DNA of 64,000 bases, from the NCBI GenBank assembly GCA_018238625.1, contig JABCSY010000001.1:45279-109278 (forward strand), in the 5' to 3' direction. A program made the translations under genes and the position numbers. This DNA is from Promethearchaeota archaeon (lineage in GTDB: Archaea; Asgardarchaeota; Lokiarchaeia; Sigyniarchaeales; SOKP01). Of the stretch, positions 18,223 through 28,897 are shown in pieces. Under the pieces are notes generated by a model. That model searched no databases. It saw only the letters and a program-made list of their open reading frames with translations, and was not told the origin of the DNA. Positions within the stretch are counted from its first letter, which is position 1; each line of letters begins with the position of its first letter.

Positions 18223-19134
18223 ATGGAAATAAATGGAGTAGAAATTGAAGATACTTTCTGTGAAGCGTTTGGAGCTGTTTTTACTAGAATTTTAGTAACT
18301 ACCATAAATGAAAAATGGGCGAAAATTGTTGCTCAAATCGCAACTGGTTATGGAACATCAACGATCCATTGCGATTCAGAAGCCGGTATAGATGTATTTG
18401 TTTCTGCTGAAAAAACACCCGATAACCGACCTGGAGTTGTATTGATGTTTTTTAAGACTAAAAAAGATAAAATGGACGGTGTTTTATTGAATAGAATGGG
18501 TCAATGTGTATTAACATGCCCAACAACTGCTTGTTTTGACGCATTTAATGGTTCTCTTGTTCCAGAGAAAGAATTTGAAATAAAAACAGGATATAAGCTA
18601 AAATTTTTCGGTGATAAATTTGAAGAAAAAATAGAAGGAGTTTATCCTTTTGAAGCCTGGAAAATTCCCGTTATGGACGGTGAATTTATCGTTCAAAGCA
18701 CATTTAAAGTTGGAAAAGGAATCGCGGGAGGAAATTTCTTAATTTATGGTGAAACTCAAGAGGCAGCCTTAGAAGCTGCAGAAAAGGCAATAGATGCTAT
18801 AAAAGATTTAGAAAATATAATAGCTCCTTTTCCAGGTGGGATCGCACGGTCTGGTTCAAAAGTAGGCTCACAATATAGTTTTTTAAATGCTTCAACAAAC
18901 GATCCTCTTTGTCCAACCCTACGTGGAAAAACTGAGAATTCTTTACTCGGAGAGAAAGATAATTACGTGTATGAAGTAATCCTTGACGGTGCTAATGAAG
19001 AAGTTATAAAAGAAGCTTTGAAGTTAGGGATTAAAGCGGCTGTTCAAGTCCCGGGTGTTTCAAAAATCAGTGCAGGGAATTATGGCGGTAAGCTAGGAAA
19101 ATTTCAATACAGATTGTATGATATTTTGGCTTAA
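18223..19134 (+). CDS. ftr: Formylmethanofuran:H4MPT formyltransferase
   Basis: MEINGVEIEDTFCEAF, TPD.RPG, GQCVLTCPTTACF, RSGSKVGS, ISAGNYGGKLG. Confidence 0.97.
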   Translation: MEINGVEIEDTFCEAFGAVFTRILVTTINEKWAKIVAQIATGYGTSTIHCDSEAGIDVFVSAEKTPDNRPGVVLMFFKTKKDKMDGVLLNRMGQCVLTCPTTACFDAFNGSLVPEKEFEIKTGYKLKFFGDKFEEKIEGVYPFEAWKIPVMDGEFIVQSTFKVGKGIAGGNFLIYGETQEAALEAAEKAIDAIKDLENIIAPFPGGIARSGSKVGSQYSFLNASTNDPLCPTLRGKTENSLLGEKDNYVYEVILDGANEEVIKEALKLGIKAAVQVPGVSKISAGNYGGKLGKFQYRLYDILA

Positions 19135-19178
19135 AAAATTAGAAAAAATGTTTTGAAAATAAATTTAAAAAAATTCTT

Positions 19179-20900
19179 TTATTTTAATTTTCTTTTTATT
19201 TTTCTTTGAGGTTCTTTTGGTATTTCTTTGGTTTCTTGAGGTTCAACTTTAGCATCTTCTTCCACTACAACTTCTTTTTTAGAAGGCTTAGTTTTAGGTT
19301 TCTTTGATATTTTTTTAGAAGTAGGCTTTTTTGGGGCAGTAACTTTTGGTTCGCTATATACACCCTTAAATTTTTTATACAACAAACCAATACCGGCTAA
19401 TACACCAATCGCAACACCAAGCATAAACCCAAGCCATGGAAGAATGGGTGATAATAAATCAGGGATTACCCTAATTTCCTGTGGAGCTAAACCATAATCT
19501 GAATTTAGATAAGTAGTTGCGCCATCAATGTCTGTCACAGAAATATAAACATACCAAACGCCCGTTATTAATTCTTCCGTTCTGACTAAGATATTCATGC
19601 TGGGTGTATACGCCCTTGAAAGATTATACCAATTATTTTCTGCGTCTAAAAGAGAGACTTTGATATATGCAATCGTGTTTTCCACATCAGAAACATCAAA
19701 AGTAAAAATTAAATCTTCACCATAATTTACTGAAACACTCTGATTCATGTTTAATCCGTTAACTGAATAGCTTTGAATTTCAGGAGCATTGTTATCAACA
19801 TATAAGAGAGCCGTATGAGAATCCATTCCATTATATTGGTCTTCTGCTTCAATAATGATTTGGTATTTTCCTATTGGATTATTTATGCTTATCGAAAAAG
19901 TTGTTGTAAATGTCCAATTATTATTGTTAGTTAATTCAATAGGAGACTGTAATTCACCAGTAGGATTTTGAATTGTCATAGAGACGGATATATTTTCTGG
20001 TAAGGTATAAATATCAACATCGGTAACATTTAGCGTAAGAGTACATTCTTCTGCTCTCTTTATCCTGTTTGGTGAAAAAATTATCGCCGAAACATCAATT
20101 TCCGGTAAAGAATTTAAAGCTTTAAAAGGAAAATACGCTGCTGCTTTCAGGTTATTCGATGTATCTGACATATTGACTTTTACGTAATAAATCTTATTAG
20201 TATGATTAAATCTGTCGTCAATTTCAAAAGAAAATTGCTCTAGATTATTACCAACATCAAAAATATTATTTTGAAGAGTTTCGTTGTCACTATCAACAAT
20301 TGTTACGTTCCAATCGAAGTTGTACGGTTGAGGTTCATCACTTACAATTAATTCTGCGAAGAGCGTTTCACCTTTACTATATTCTATGCTATTAAGTACC
20401 AACAAATAATTGGTTGTGATCGTGAAGTTAGTAATTGGAACATCCAAACTTAAGAGAACATTAGTTTCGTTGTAAATTAAGAAACTTACATTGCTAAACC
20501 CTAATGGGGCGTCGTATTTGGGGTTGTAAGTATAAGTAAAATTGTTTCCGATAATAGGATCCATGTTAAATTCTTCTACTACATTATTTGAATAATGGAT
20601 TTGCATAACAGTGTAATTTGGGTTAGTAAATTTAGAAGCGTTGATATCAAATTGTAAAGATTCAAATAACCTATAAATTGTAGTTGCGTTTTGAAATATT
20701 GATGTATATTCTAAAGGGGGGTTTCCGTTATCAGAACTTCTTAAATCAAAAATTCGGTTAAAATCACTGCCGTCACTAATTTTTTCGTTATCAAAGTACT
20801 CGCTATTATAACTAATTGAAATAACCCAAAAGTTAAACGAGATAGCAGTTAAAGTAAATATTATCAAAAAAATACTAATAAAATGTTTTTGTCTAATCAT
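19179..20900 (-). CDS. Membrane-anchored surface protein with Ig-like repeats and a Lys-rich cytoplasmic tail
   Basis: N-terminal signal/TM segment, beta-rich N-x-S/T-rich ectodomain, C-terminal TM segment, then a K/P/E-rich tail. Confidence 0.7.
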   Translation of the reverse strand: MIRQKHFISIFLIIFTLTAISFNFWVISISYNSEYFDNEKISDGSDFNRIFDLRSSDNGNPPLEYTSIFQNATTIYRLFESLQFDINASKFTNPNYTVMQIHYSNNVVEEFNMDPIIGNNFTYTYNPKYDAPLGFSNVSFLIYNETNVLLSLDVPITNFTITTNYLLVLNSIEYSKGETLFAELIVSDEPQPYNFDWNVTIVDSDNETLQNNIFDVGNNLEQFSFEIDDRFNHTNKIYYVKVNMSDTSNNLKAAAYFPFKALNSLPEIDVSAIIFSPNRIKRAEECTLTLNVTDVDIYTLPENISVSMTIQNPTGELQSPIELTNNNNWTFTTTFSISINNPIGKYQIIIEAEDQYNGMDSHTALLYVDNNAPEIQSYSVNGLNMNQSVSVNYGEDLIFTFDVSDVENTIAYIKVSLLDAENNWYNLSRAYTPSMNILVRTEELITGVWYVYISVTDIDGATTYLNSDYGLAPQEIRVIPDLLSPILPWLGFMLGVAIGVLAGIGLLYKKFKGVYSEPKVTAPKKPTSKKISKKPKTKPSKKEVVVEEDAKVEPQETKEIPKEPQRKIKRKLK

Positions 20901-20907
20901 TTTTCAA

Positions 20908-23682
20908 TCATCTTCTTAATAGTCTGTGTTTAATCTCTTTATTTTTATATAGTAAAATAACGCCTATTGGAATTAAAATTGGAACAATATAAAAGAAAAC
21001 TAAATTAAAAGGTGATAATTCTAATTTAACTTCGAAGTAATATTGGACAACGGGTTCGCCAGAGCTGTCTCTTAATTCAAATGTATAAGAAACAATCCCA
21101 AAATCATAAGGATTTATGCTAGGGATTACTTCAGCAACAAGCCTATTAATTCCAGGTCCCAATCCATCAATATTGGTTTCTACAGGCTCACCATTCATAT
21201 ATAGCGTAAAGGTTTCAGATTGATCTTGATTGTTTTGAATAATCATAATAAACTGAGCAGCAACGCCTTGAGAAATAATTTCAGGAAAAAATACATTTAT
21301 TATTTCAAATTTTTGAATGATTTCAACGTAAAATTGCTTAGTGTAGAAGACTGTAGAATCCTTTGAAATCTCCATTGTTACATTAACAAGATGTGTTTCT
21401 GTATCAGAAATATTCAAATCATAATATACACTTTTGATTTCGTTTTTAAGTAAAAATACTTCTTCTTTAAGAACTAAAGAATCATCTTCAAAGAAACTCA
21501 CATTAAATGTTTGAGTGTTATTTGGTAGGAAATTAACTAAATTCATTGAGACAAACGCACTTTCTCCACTTACAATATAACTTTCATAAATTAGATTGGT
21601 ATAGTCAAATGAATGCCCAATATCAATAATTATAACTATTTCTAAATAGGTAATGTTTCCGTATTTGAAATTAATGCTAAGTGTATGGGGGCCTATGCTG
21701 GCTCCGAGGGTAGTAGTAAGGTTAAATGAAACGTTAGTTAAAACGAGAGTATTAAAAGTAATATTTTGAATTTCATTAATTATATTATCCCCTTCTAGGG
21801 AGACTGTTAAATTAACATCGTTATTGCGGGTGTTATTGACGGGAATTGTAATGTTTAAAACAGGACCTTGATATAATATTTCTGGTAAACCTTGGATCGG
21901 GTGATTTATCAATCCAGAAACTACATTAAACTGTTTTAAAATTTGTGCTGTGCCAAAATTTGAACAGTTAGCAAAAATTTGGAGGAAATACCCATCTCCT
22001 ATTTCGAATGTATCAGTTACAGTATGCAATAAAGTTGTAGAATTTTCAGTAATTTGTTGTGTCGTTGTGTTCAAGATTACCTTCTCTGGATTTTTGAAAA
22101 GATAACTAATTGTTGCACTGTCAATATTATATTCAATTGTAAATTGTTCATAAGTTTTTGTTGTAACATTGTAATATTGATTAGATTTTACGAAAGAATA
22201 AATACTGGTAATGTTTAGGGTGTCTTGATTAAATATATAATCAGGAATTTCATTAGTTGCGTTGTAAAACGAGTTTAGCGTTGTACTGTTATATATTTCG
22301 TATGCATTTAAATAAGCCTCACACAGTTTAAGGTTCGCGTGAAAATTCTTATCGTTATCTACTGGAGAATCTATTGATGTTTTGTAAGAATTAACTGCTC
22401 CATCATAAAAGGAACTTTCAAAAGTGTTAAATAATTGCCAAGCTCTATCGTAATAAGTATTATTTCCTGTGTATTCAAAAAGTTTTAAACAAGCTGACAT
22501 CATAACAGCATTTGGTTCTAATTCTATGGAGTGACTTTCTCCTGAAGTACCCCAGTTATTACCTCGATTTTTTTCATATGCATTGAACCCTGAATCCCAT
22601 AATACTTCTAATTTGTCAAATAAGAAAGTCGCTTTTTGTAAAAAGAGGGAATCATGTTGCATTCCAGATTCAATCCAGTATTCTAATAGAGTTATAATTC
22701 CTAAAGCGTTAATTTGTAAATATTTTAAATCACTAAATGCTCCTGCATGAGACCAATCATTGTTACTGTAATTAGAAAAACCTCCTCCATTTGAAGTGTC
22801 CCATAACCCATCTATAAGTTTATTTATTGTAATATTTGCCAATTCAAGAGCTCTATTCTTCATAACGCTATTCAAATTAAGCTCTTCGTAAATTCGGTGA
22901 ATTTGAAGCATAGCTAATACCGCATGCATGTTACTTTCTGCGTATTTGTAAGTTGTTGCGTTATGATCGTAAAACCCTTCATAAGTATCATCCCAAAATT
23001 GAGTTGAATCAAGTAAATCAAAAATCTCTTCAATTGAATCTTTAGGATAAATGCTATTAATGGTAAAGCTGTTGATGTCATTGCCAATATTTTCAATTAA
23101 TAGAGATATCGGCATAAGATTGTCAGTTAAATATCTTCTATCGTCAAATATTTGACCCGTAGTGTTATCAACTGACCCTATAAAACCATAAGCATCAGCT
23201 TCGGTACTGCTTTGATACCATAAAGGTGACTCCTTTAATTTCAAATAAGTATCAAACGTTTCAAATGCATTCATATCATCTTTCAAAAGGGTTTTATATA
23301 AAAGCAAATTGTCAATAGGATACACTTTATCATCGGTTATGACTCCTACATTATTACCTTCTCGAAAATATGTGTTTATATCTAAGGCTAAATCTGATTC
23401 ATAATTAGCTTTAAAAAAGTTCCAAATATCATCAAAATTAACTTTGAATGGGTCTTGAAAAATTTCTGGACCCGCTGCAAGATTTATTTCATCAACATTA
23501 AATTCGATATTATCTTGGGAAAAATACTCGTTTTGAGGATTAATATTTTGAAAGTAGTTATCATTAAAGTATAATACATTAAATACAATAATAAATATGA
23601 AGAATATACATAAAATTAATTTAGGCTTTCTAAGTCCTTTATTTCCTTTCATTTTTAGAGCAAAAACGTTGATAAAATTCAT
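20908..23682 (-). CDS. Large surface protein with an alpha/alpha-barrel (GH76/AGE-like) domain, Ig-like domains and a C-terminal TM segment
   Basis: Repeated L/FWD...GF motifs, LFEYTGN..Y..RA; signal peptide and C-terminal anchor. Confidence 0.65.
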   Translation of the reverse strand: MNFINVFALKMKGNKGLRKPKLILCIFFIFIIVFNVLYFNDNYFQNINPQNEYFSQDNIEFNVDEINLAAGPEIFQDPFKVNFDDIWNFFKANYESDLALDINTYFREGNNVGVITDDKVYPIDNLLLYKTLLKDDMNAFETFDTYLKLKESPLWYQSSTEADAYGFIGSVDNTTGQIFDDRRYLTDNLMPISLLIENIGNDINSFTINSIYPKDSIEEIFDLLDSTQFWDDTYEGFYDHNATTYKYAESNMHAVLAMLQIHRIYEELNLNSVMKNRALELANITINKLIDGLWDTSNGGGFSNYSNNDWSHAGAFSDLKYLQINALGIITLLEYWIESGMQHDSLFLQKATFLFDKLEVLWDSGFNAYEKNRGNNWGTSGESHSIELEPNAVMMSACLKLFEYTGNNTYYDRAWQLFNTFESSFYDGAVNSYKTSIDSPVDNDKNFHANLKLCEAYLNAYEIYNSTTLNSFYNATNEIPDYIFNQDTLNITSIYSFVKSNQYYNVTTKTYEQFTIEYNIDSATISYLFKNPEKVILNTTTQQITENSTTLLHTVTDTFEIGDGYFLQIFANCSNFGTAQILKQFNVVSGLINHPIQGLPEILYQGPVLNITIPVNNTRNNDVNLTVSLEGDNIINEIQNITFNTLVLTNVSFNLTTTLGASIGPHTLSINFKYGNITYLEIVIIIDIGHSFDYTNLIYESYIVSGESAFVSMNLVNFLPNNTQTFNVSFFEDDSLVLKEEVFLLKNEIKSVYYDLNISDTETHLVNVTMEISKDSTVFYTKQFYVEIIQKFEIINVFFPEIISQGVAAQFIMIIQNNQDQSETFTLYMNGEPVETNIDGLGPGINRLVAEVIPSINPYDFGIVSYTFELRDSSGEPVVQYYFEVKLELSPFNLVFFYIVPILIPIGVILLYKNKEIKHRLLRR

Positions 23683-23797
23683 AATAAATCTTTAAAATTA
23701 TTTTTTAATAGTATAGTTTTAAAAAAAATGTTCTTCTCTTTAATATTTTTTTCTGAAAACCTCTGTTATTTAAGGATATTTTAACGTTATTTTTTTC

Positions 23798-25282
23798 TTA
23801 ATTTTTATTGATTATTTTCAGAATTTCTGAAATTGATACTCTCTTTTGATCCATAGTGTCCCTATATCTAAGGGTAACCGTATTATCATCTAAAGAATCG
23901 TAATCTATAGTTATGCAATAAGGCGTTCCTAACTCGTCTTGTCTTCTATATCTCTTTCCAATTGATCCTGCTGAATCAAAAAATGAAGTATTTCGATTGT
24001 CAAGTATTTGTTTATGTACTTTTTTCGCCAATTTTACAATATTTTCTTTATTTCTTACTAACGGAAATACTGCAACGAGGTTGGGGGCAAGTTGAGGATT
24101 TAACTTTAAAATTATTCTCTCATCTTCAACATTAAAGATAGATTCAAGGAGAGTGTATATAATTCTATCGGGACCAAAAGCAATTTCAAGAATTTGGGGG
24201 ATTTCTTTTAAATTCGTATCCTTACTCATTGGAATTTCAAAATTTTGATTTGAATAACTTCCATGCCTTTTTAAATCGTAGTTTGTTCTATCGTGAATTC
24301 CACAAATTTCTATCCACCCATATTGTTTAGTGTTTATTTCTAAATCCCACGCATCGTCTGCATAGTGAGCCATTTCTGTGGGAGAGTGTTGCCTAAACCT
24401 AATAGTGTCCTTCGGAAATCCCAATTTCGAGAGGAGGTAATCTGCTAAAAATAGACAATAGGCAAAAGCAGGTTTTTTAAGTATACCTGTGTTTATTGCT
24501 TCTTCTAGTGATATGCTACTTGGAATAATTATTTTATTTTCTTGTGAATTCCAGTCCAGTAATGGTAATTTTGTGTTCTTTATTTCTTCAAATTCTTCAT
24601 AATTCATTTCTTGATCTTTTCCAATAAATAACTGGATTTCGAATTGTTCGAAAGCTCTCATGCGAAGAACTTGTTGTCTAGGAGATATTTCGTTTCTATA
24701 AGCCTTTCCGTATTGGAAAACTTTTAGAGGGTATTGCTTTCGTGCGTCCTGGTTCAAGCGATTAAACAACAAGTACGTTGTTGTTGCGGTTTCTGGTCGT
24801 AAATAAGCGGTAACATTATTCCCGACCGATGTTTTTAGCATTAAATTGTATTCTTCAATTTTTTCAAACGGAGTATCGCATTTTAGACAAGTAAATCCGT
24901 GTTGTTCTATCAATTTGTCCATGTCTTCAAAAGATAACCCATCAATCGTTTCATCTGGAAGCTGTTCTTGGAGAAATTTATCGGCTCTTATCATCGTATT
25001 ACACTTTTTACAGCGGATTACAGGATCTATAAAGCGTTCTAAATGTCCTGATGCTTCCCATACGATTTTAGGCAAAATTTCAGGACACTCGACTTCACCA
25101 AATCCAAAAGCTCGGAGTTCGCGCCTAAAAATTGAAATTACATTATTTTTTAAAGCTTTTCCAGCCGGACCGTACGAATAAAATCCCGCTAAACCACCAT
25201 ATATCTCTGGAAAAGGTCCCCAAATAAATCCACGTCGTCGAAGTAATGAATTAAATGTTTCAATATTGTCCTCGATCTTCAT
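23798..25282 (-). CDS. glyS: Glycine--tRNA ligase (archaeal/eukaryotic alpha2 type)
   Basis: EIYGG, LRPETA, RNEISPR, AHYA, GSIGKRYRRQDE.GTP. Confidence 0.96.
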   Translation of the reverse strand: MKIEDNIETFNSLLRRRGFIWGPFPEIYGGLAGFYSYGPAGKALKNNVISIFRRELRAFGFGEVECPEILPKIVWEASGHLERFIDPVIRCKKCNTMIRADKFLQEQLPDETIDGLSFEDMDKLIEQHGFTCLKCDTPFEKIEEYNLMLKTSVGNNVTAYLRPETATTTYLLFNRLNQDARKQYPLKVFQYGKAYRNEISPRQQVLRMRAFEQFEIQLFIGKDQEMNYEEFEEIKNTKLPLLDWNSQENKIIIPSSISLEEAINTGILKKPAFAYCLFLADYLLSKLGFPKDTIRFRQHSPTEMAHYADDAWDLEINTKQYGWIEICGIHDRTNYDLKRHGSYSNQNFEIPMSKDTNLKEIPQILEIAFGPDRIIYTLLESIFNVEDERIILKLNPQLAPNLVAVFPLVRNKENIVKLAKKVHKQILDNRNTSFFDSAGSIGKRYRRQDELGTPYCITIDYDSLDDNTVTLRYRDTMDQKRVSISEILKIINKN

Positions 25283-25488
25283 TTTTAATCAAAACTTTAC
25301 ATTAATAGTTTTTAGAATTATCGATAATATTTGTATTTTAAGATTATTCCTTAGTTTGGATGAAGCAATCAGATTTGAGATTATAGTTTTATAATATAAA
25401 TTTTTATATAACAAAAAGATAGTATTATTATAATTTTAAGTTATTAAATCAAATAAATTTGTAGAATAAAATTGGTGTTTGATTAAAC

Positions 25489-26343
25489 ATGATTTTTCAA
25501 GGGAACTTCCAGTACTTCGATATTTGGGACTCAGTAGAGTCGGGCCTTTACTACGCAATAGTAGGTTTTTATTTTCTCATATTTGCATATTTCCTTTTGA
25601 TGAGATTTAGAACCTCTAAAAAAATTTATTGGTTATATTTTTCACTATTATTCTTATGTCTTGCTGCTGGGAGAGTTTTTTTCATTATTTATTATTTTTA
25701 CTTTCCAGAACTTTTAGGAACGATGACCAATTTAGAGTTAGTTGGATTACTCATGATACAATATCGATTAGCTACATTTTCAACTTGGTTGGGAATAGCT
25801 TGCTTGATGGGCCTTTTTGGTACTCTGATTTTTCCTTCATATACTGAAGAAGTAAAGCCATCAGAAAAAGAGGATTTAAAATTCAAAATTAAAACGCTTT
25901 TAAAAAAGGATCGTGTTAGAATATCTCTTAAGATCTTATTGATCATCTTCCCAATTGTAATAGGAATGTTCGCACTTACTTTACCGGACTCGCTTTTTAT
26001 GGATCCAGATTTTAATAAAGCTCCTTATAGTGTAGGTATTGAATTAATAACAATATTTGGGTACCCCGCAGGTAGATTTGTACTTAACTTTATTCTTTTA
26101 CCTTTAATGGTAATAGTTATTCCGATCTTATTTGTATATCTAGCTTTAAAAACATTTGGGGTCCTAAGGAGGTCTTATGCGTTAAATGCGATCGGGTTTT
26201 TCATCTATTTTTTCGGAAGAATAACTCAAGGTTTAATGGAAACACTTGGGTTTTATCACGTAAGAGCTACTTTGTCTCCTTTATTGATTTTATTAGCATT
26301 GCTGATAATTGTAATTGCCAACCACTACGAACAACTAAAATAA
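25489..26343 (+). CDS. Multi-pass (about 7 TM) membrane protein of unknown function
   Basis: Repeated hydrophobic helices in a long ORF. Confidence 0.75.
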   Translation: MIFQGNFQYFDIWDSVESGLYYAIVGFYFLIFAYFLLMRFRTSKKIYWLYFSLLFLCLAAGRVFFIIYYFYFPELLGTMTNLELVGLLMIQYRLATFSTWLGIACLMGLFGTLIFPSYTEEVKPSEKEDLKFKIKTLLKKDRVRISLKILLIIFPIVIGMFALTLPDSLFMDPDFNKAPYSVGIELITIFGYPAGRFVLNFILLPLMVIVIPILFVYLALKTFGVLRRSYALNAIGFFIYFFGRITQGLMETLGFYHVRATLSPLLILLALLIIVIANHYEQLK

Positions 26344-26492
26344 ATCTCTAAATTTTCTTTTACAATTCTTTTTAATCTTTTTAAAAAAAAATTTGAAAAT
26401 CAATATAAAAAAAATAGAATTTTTAGTAATGATTAATTAGATATTTTTAATCAGTAATAATTAACCAAATTATAATCGGAAGAGCTCATTTT

Positions 26493-28130
26493 ATGTCAAT
26501 CCATGGCAATCAGCAAATCTTACCCTTATTTACCACCCGTCAAAACTTACCACCCATTAAAGAATATGACGAATTAGCATTAGCATTTTATCTGTTAACA
26601 AAGAATTTAAAACATAACGAGAGTGTTATCTCATTTTCTAGATTATTATGGCCATTTCTTTGTGTCCAAGGTGCTATCGGCACACATATAGTTTTAGATG
26701 GGCTCGATGTTTTTTCAAAAAAAGGAAAGCTTTCTAACCCTCCAAGACAGCCTGTAATTGGGCACCTTTTGAGAAACATTGAAAACCTTACGAAATCTGA
26801 GCAATTAAACAAAATAATCGAGGTTTTATCTTATATTGATAAAGAAGCAGAAGAAATTGGTCTAGGGGAAGATTCAAAATTTCAGAAGTTAAAAATTGAC
26901 TCTTTAATTAATCCAGAATTTCTTCAAACTTTAGTAAAGTTATTACCCTTAGTAGAATTCAAGCCTGTTTCAGAGTATATGCCTTTAGAGACGATCTTTA
27001 CGACTGAACAGGCTTTAGATGTTGCTGAAAAATATCGAAAAACAATTGATTATATGAAAGGAAATGCTTTAAGATGGGACACTCAGACTGAATTAATTGG
27101 AAAAGAAGTAGACAAATGGTTAATTGATTTAAACGTTCAATTAAAAGATACTAACACCCGATACTCCTCTCAAATAAATAAGACATCCCAGATAATTGAT
27201 TCTAATCAGATGAAAGATCAAATTGCGTTAGAAGGCGATAAAAGCGATCAATGGAAGGTTAATGAAAAAAGGAAAGTAATTGAAAACATATCAGTATTAT
27301 TTAAAACAGCTGAAAGGCAACTAGAAGATATTACTAAAAAGAACAAATTCTATACCCAAAGTGAGATATTAAAGGGTAGGGTTTTTAATGATCTTACTGA
27401 ACCTTTTGAGAAACACTTCCAGTATTTGATAAACGAAGGCAATAATTTTGTTAGCATGGTAACTTCACTAACTCAAAAATATGTGGATTTAAAAGACCGA
27501 GCGCTCCAAATTGATGTACAAGCAAAGAAAAAATTGGAGGATTTTGGTTCGTCATTAGATCTTAAGTTAAAAGATAGAGATAAAGATTTATCTGCATTTG
27601 AAAAAGAAAAACAAGAAAAAATTTCGGAAATTGAGTCTATACGAACAAGGTTAGAAGAGCTGTATTTACAAATAAAAAATATTATTCAAACTAGTAATGG
27701 AAATTGTCTACAAGAAGCAAGGGGCTTGTTATCTTGGTCATTAAACGATAATCAATCAAAATTATTTTCCCGACCAATTCAGTGGATTTACATGCCTTTA
27801 TATGTTATGTTTATTGAAAATAAAGATTCAATGGAAGAAAAAATGGATTTAATTCTCCCAGGTATCGTTACAAATGACCCAAATAATATTTATCAAGAAA
27901 TTTCTGATACAATGGTTAATTTTAAAAAAACATTCATCGAAAGAATTGAAGAAGACATGGCTTTAAGATCTAATTTTGAATTTTCGAGCGAAAATAAAAA
28001 TCTAATTGATGATAAAAGTTTAACCAAAAAAATCCAGCAAGGAATCTCGATTTTAAGAAGTCGCGCTATAATAAATGATGAAATCGAAAAAACCATAAGA
28101 AGTAATTTAAATTTAATATTAAAATCCTAA
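26493..28130 (+). CDS. Unknown protein with a long central coiled coil
   Basis: 545-aa ORF with a K/E/Q heptad-rich middle, flanked by LLWPF and IYMPLY beta motifs. Confidence 0.75.
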   Translation: MSIHGNQQILPLFTTRQNLPPIKEYDELALAFYLLTKNLKHNESVISFSRLLWPFLCVQGAIGTHIVLDGLDVFSKKGKLSNPPRQPVIGHLLRNIENLTKSEQLNKIIEVLSYIDKEAEEIGLGEDSKFQKLKIDSLINPEFLQTLVKLLPLVEFKPVSEYMPLETIFTTEQALDVAEKYRKTIDYMKGNALRWDTQTELIGKEVDKWLIDLNVQLKDTNTRYSSQINKTSQIIDSNQMKDQIALEGDKSDQWKVNEKRKVIENISVLFKTAERQLEDITKKNKFYTQSEILKGRVFNDLTEPFEKHFQYLINEGNNFVSMVTSLTQKYVDLKDRALQIDVQAKKKLEDFGSSLDLKLKDRDKDLSAFEKEKQEKISEIESIRTRLEELYLQIKNIIQTSNGNCLQEARGLLSWSLNDNQSKLFSRPIQWIYMPLYVMFIENKDSMEEKMDLILPGIVTNDPNNIYQEISDTMVNFKKTFIERIEEDMALRSNFEFSSENKNLIDDKSLTKKIQQGISILRSRAIINDEIEKTIRSNLNLILKS

Positions 28131-28147
28131 ATCTCCTTTAGAATAAG

Positions 28148-28813
28148 ATGAGTCAAAAAGGAAAAAGTTTGAAGAGGAAACTAGATTTTAAAAAGAAAGC
28201 CCTAAGAACTTATTTTTTTCACATTGAAGAAAGCGGTAAAAAGGGTGAAATTAGCAAAATCCAAAAAGAGATTCTCGATCAGGGGATGGTCTATCTCCAA
28301 ATGAGATTACCTATCAACAAAATTACTACGGAATATGAAAATTCCTTAAAAGAAAAGATTGAACATAAGATTTTTCACGCTAATATCCGTGAAGCAACAG
28401 AAAAGGACCTTGCAACCGTGAAAAATATCTATAATAGAGCTTGGTTAACATCTAATACTCCTTTTAGACCTATCGAAAAAGACTCTCTAAAAAAAATATT
28501 TAACGCTCCAGATACAGTTTTTCTCATAGCAAAGATTTACAATATCGATGGGGGATTCATTATTTTAGACTTTGAAGGTGAAAGTCAAGAGTTTGGAGTT
28601 ATAGCAGGGCTTGGGGTCCTACCGCGCTTTCAAGGTAAGGGATTAGGTACAATATTAGGTATGGCGGCGTGGAACTTTTTTAAAGAGAAAGGTTTGAAGG
28701 AATTAAGATGTGAAGTTTATAAGGATAATCAAGTATCTTATAATTTTATTAAAGGATTAAATTTCGAAGAATTTGGAACAAAAGTTTATCGCAAAGAAGA
28801 TTTTGAGTTATAG
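28148..28813 (+). CDS. GNAT-family N-acetyltransferase
   Basis: V.PRFQGKGLG acetyl-CoA motif; N..S..F...L.F. Confidence 0.9.
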   Translation: MSQKGKSLKRKLDFKKKALRTYFFHIEESGKKGEISKIQKEILDQGMVYLQMRLPINKITTEYENSLKEKIEHKIFHANIREATEKDLATVKNIYNRAWLTSNTPFRPIEKDSLKKIFNAPDTVFLIAKIYNIDGGFIILDFEGESQEFGVIAGLGVLPRFQGKGLGTILGMAAWNFFKEKGLKELRCEVYKDNQVSYNFIKGLNFEEFGTKVYRKEDFEL

Positions 28814-28897
28814 TATTAGTACTTCATAAAACCTTTTTATTTTTTGATCATTTAATAATACTAGTTGATTAATTCAATTAATAAAATCTAGCATATC

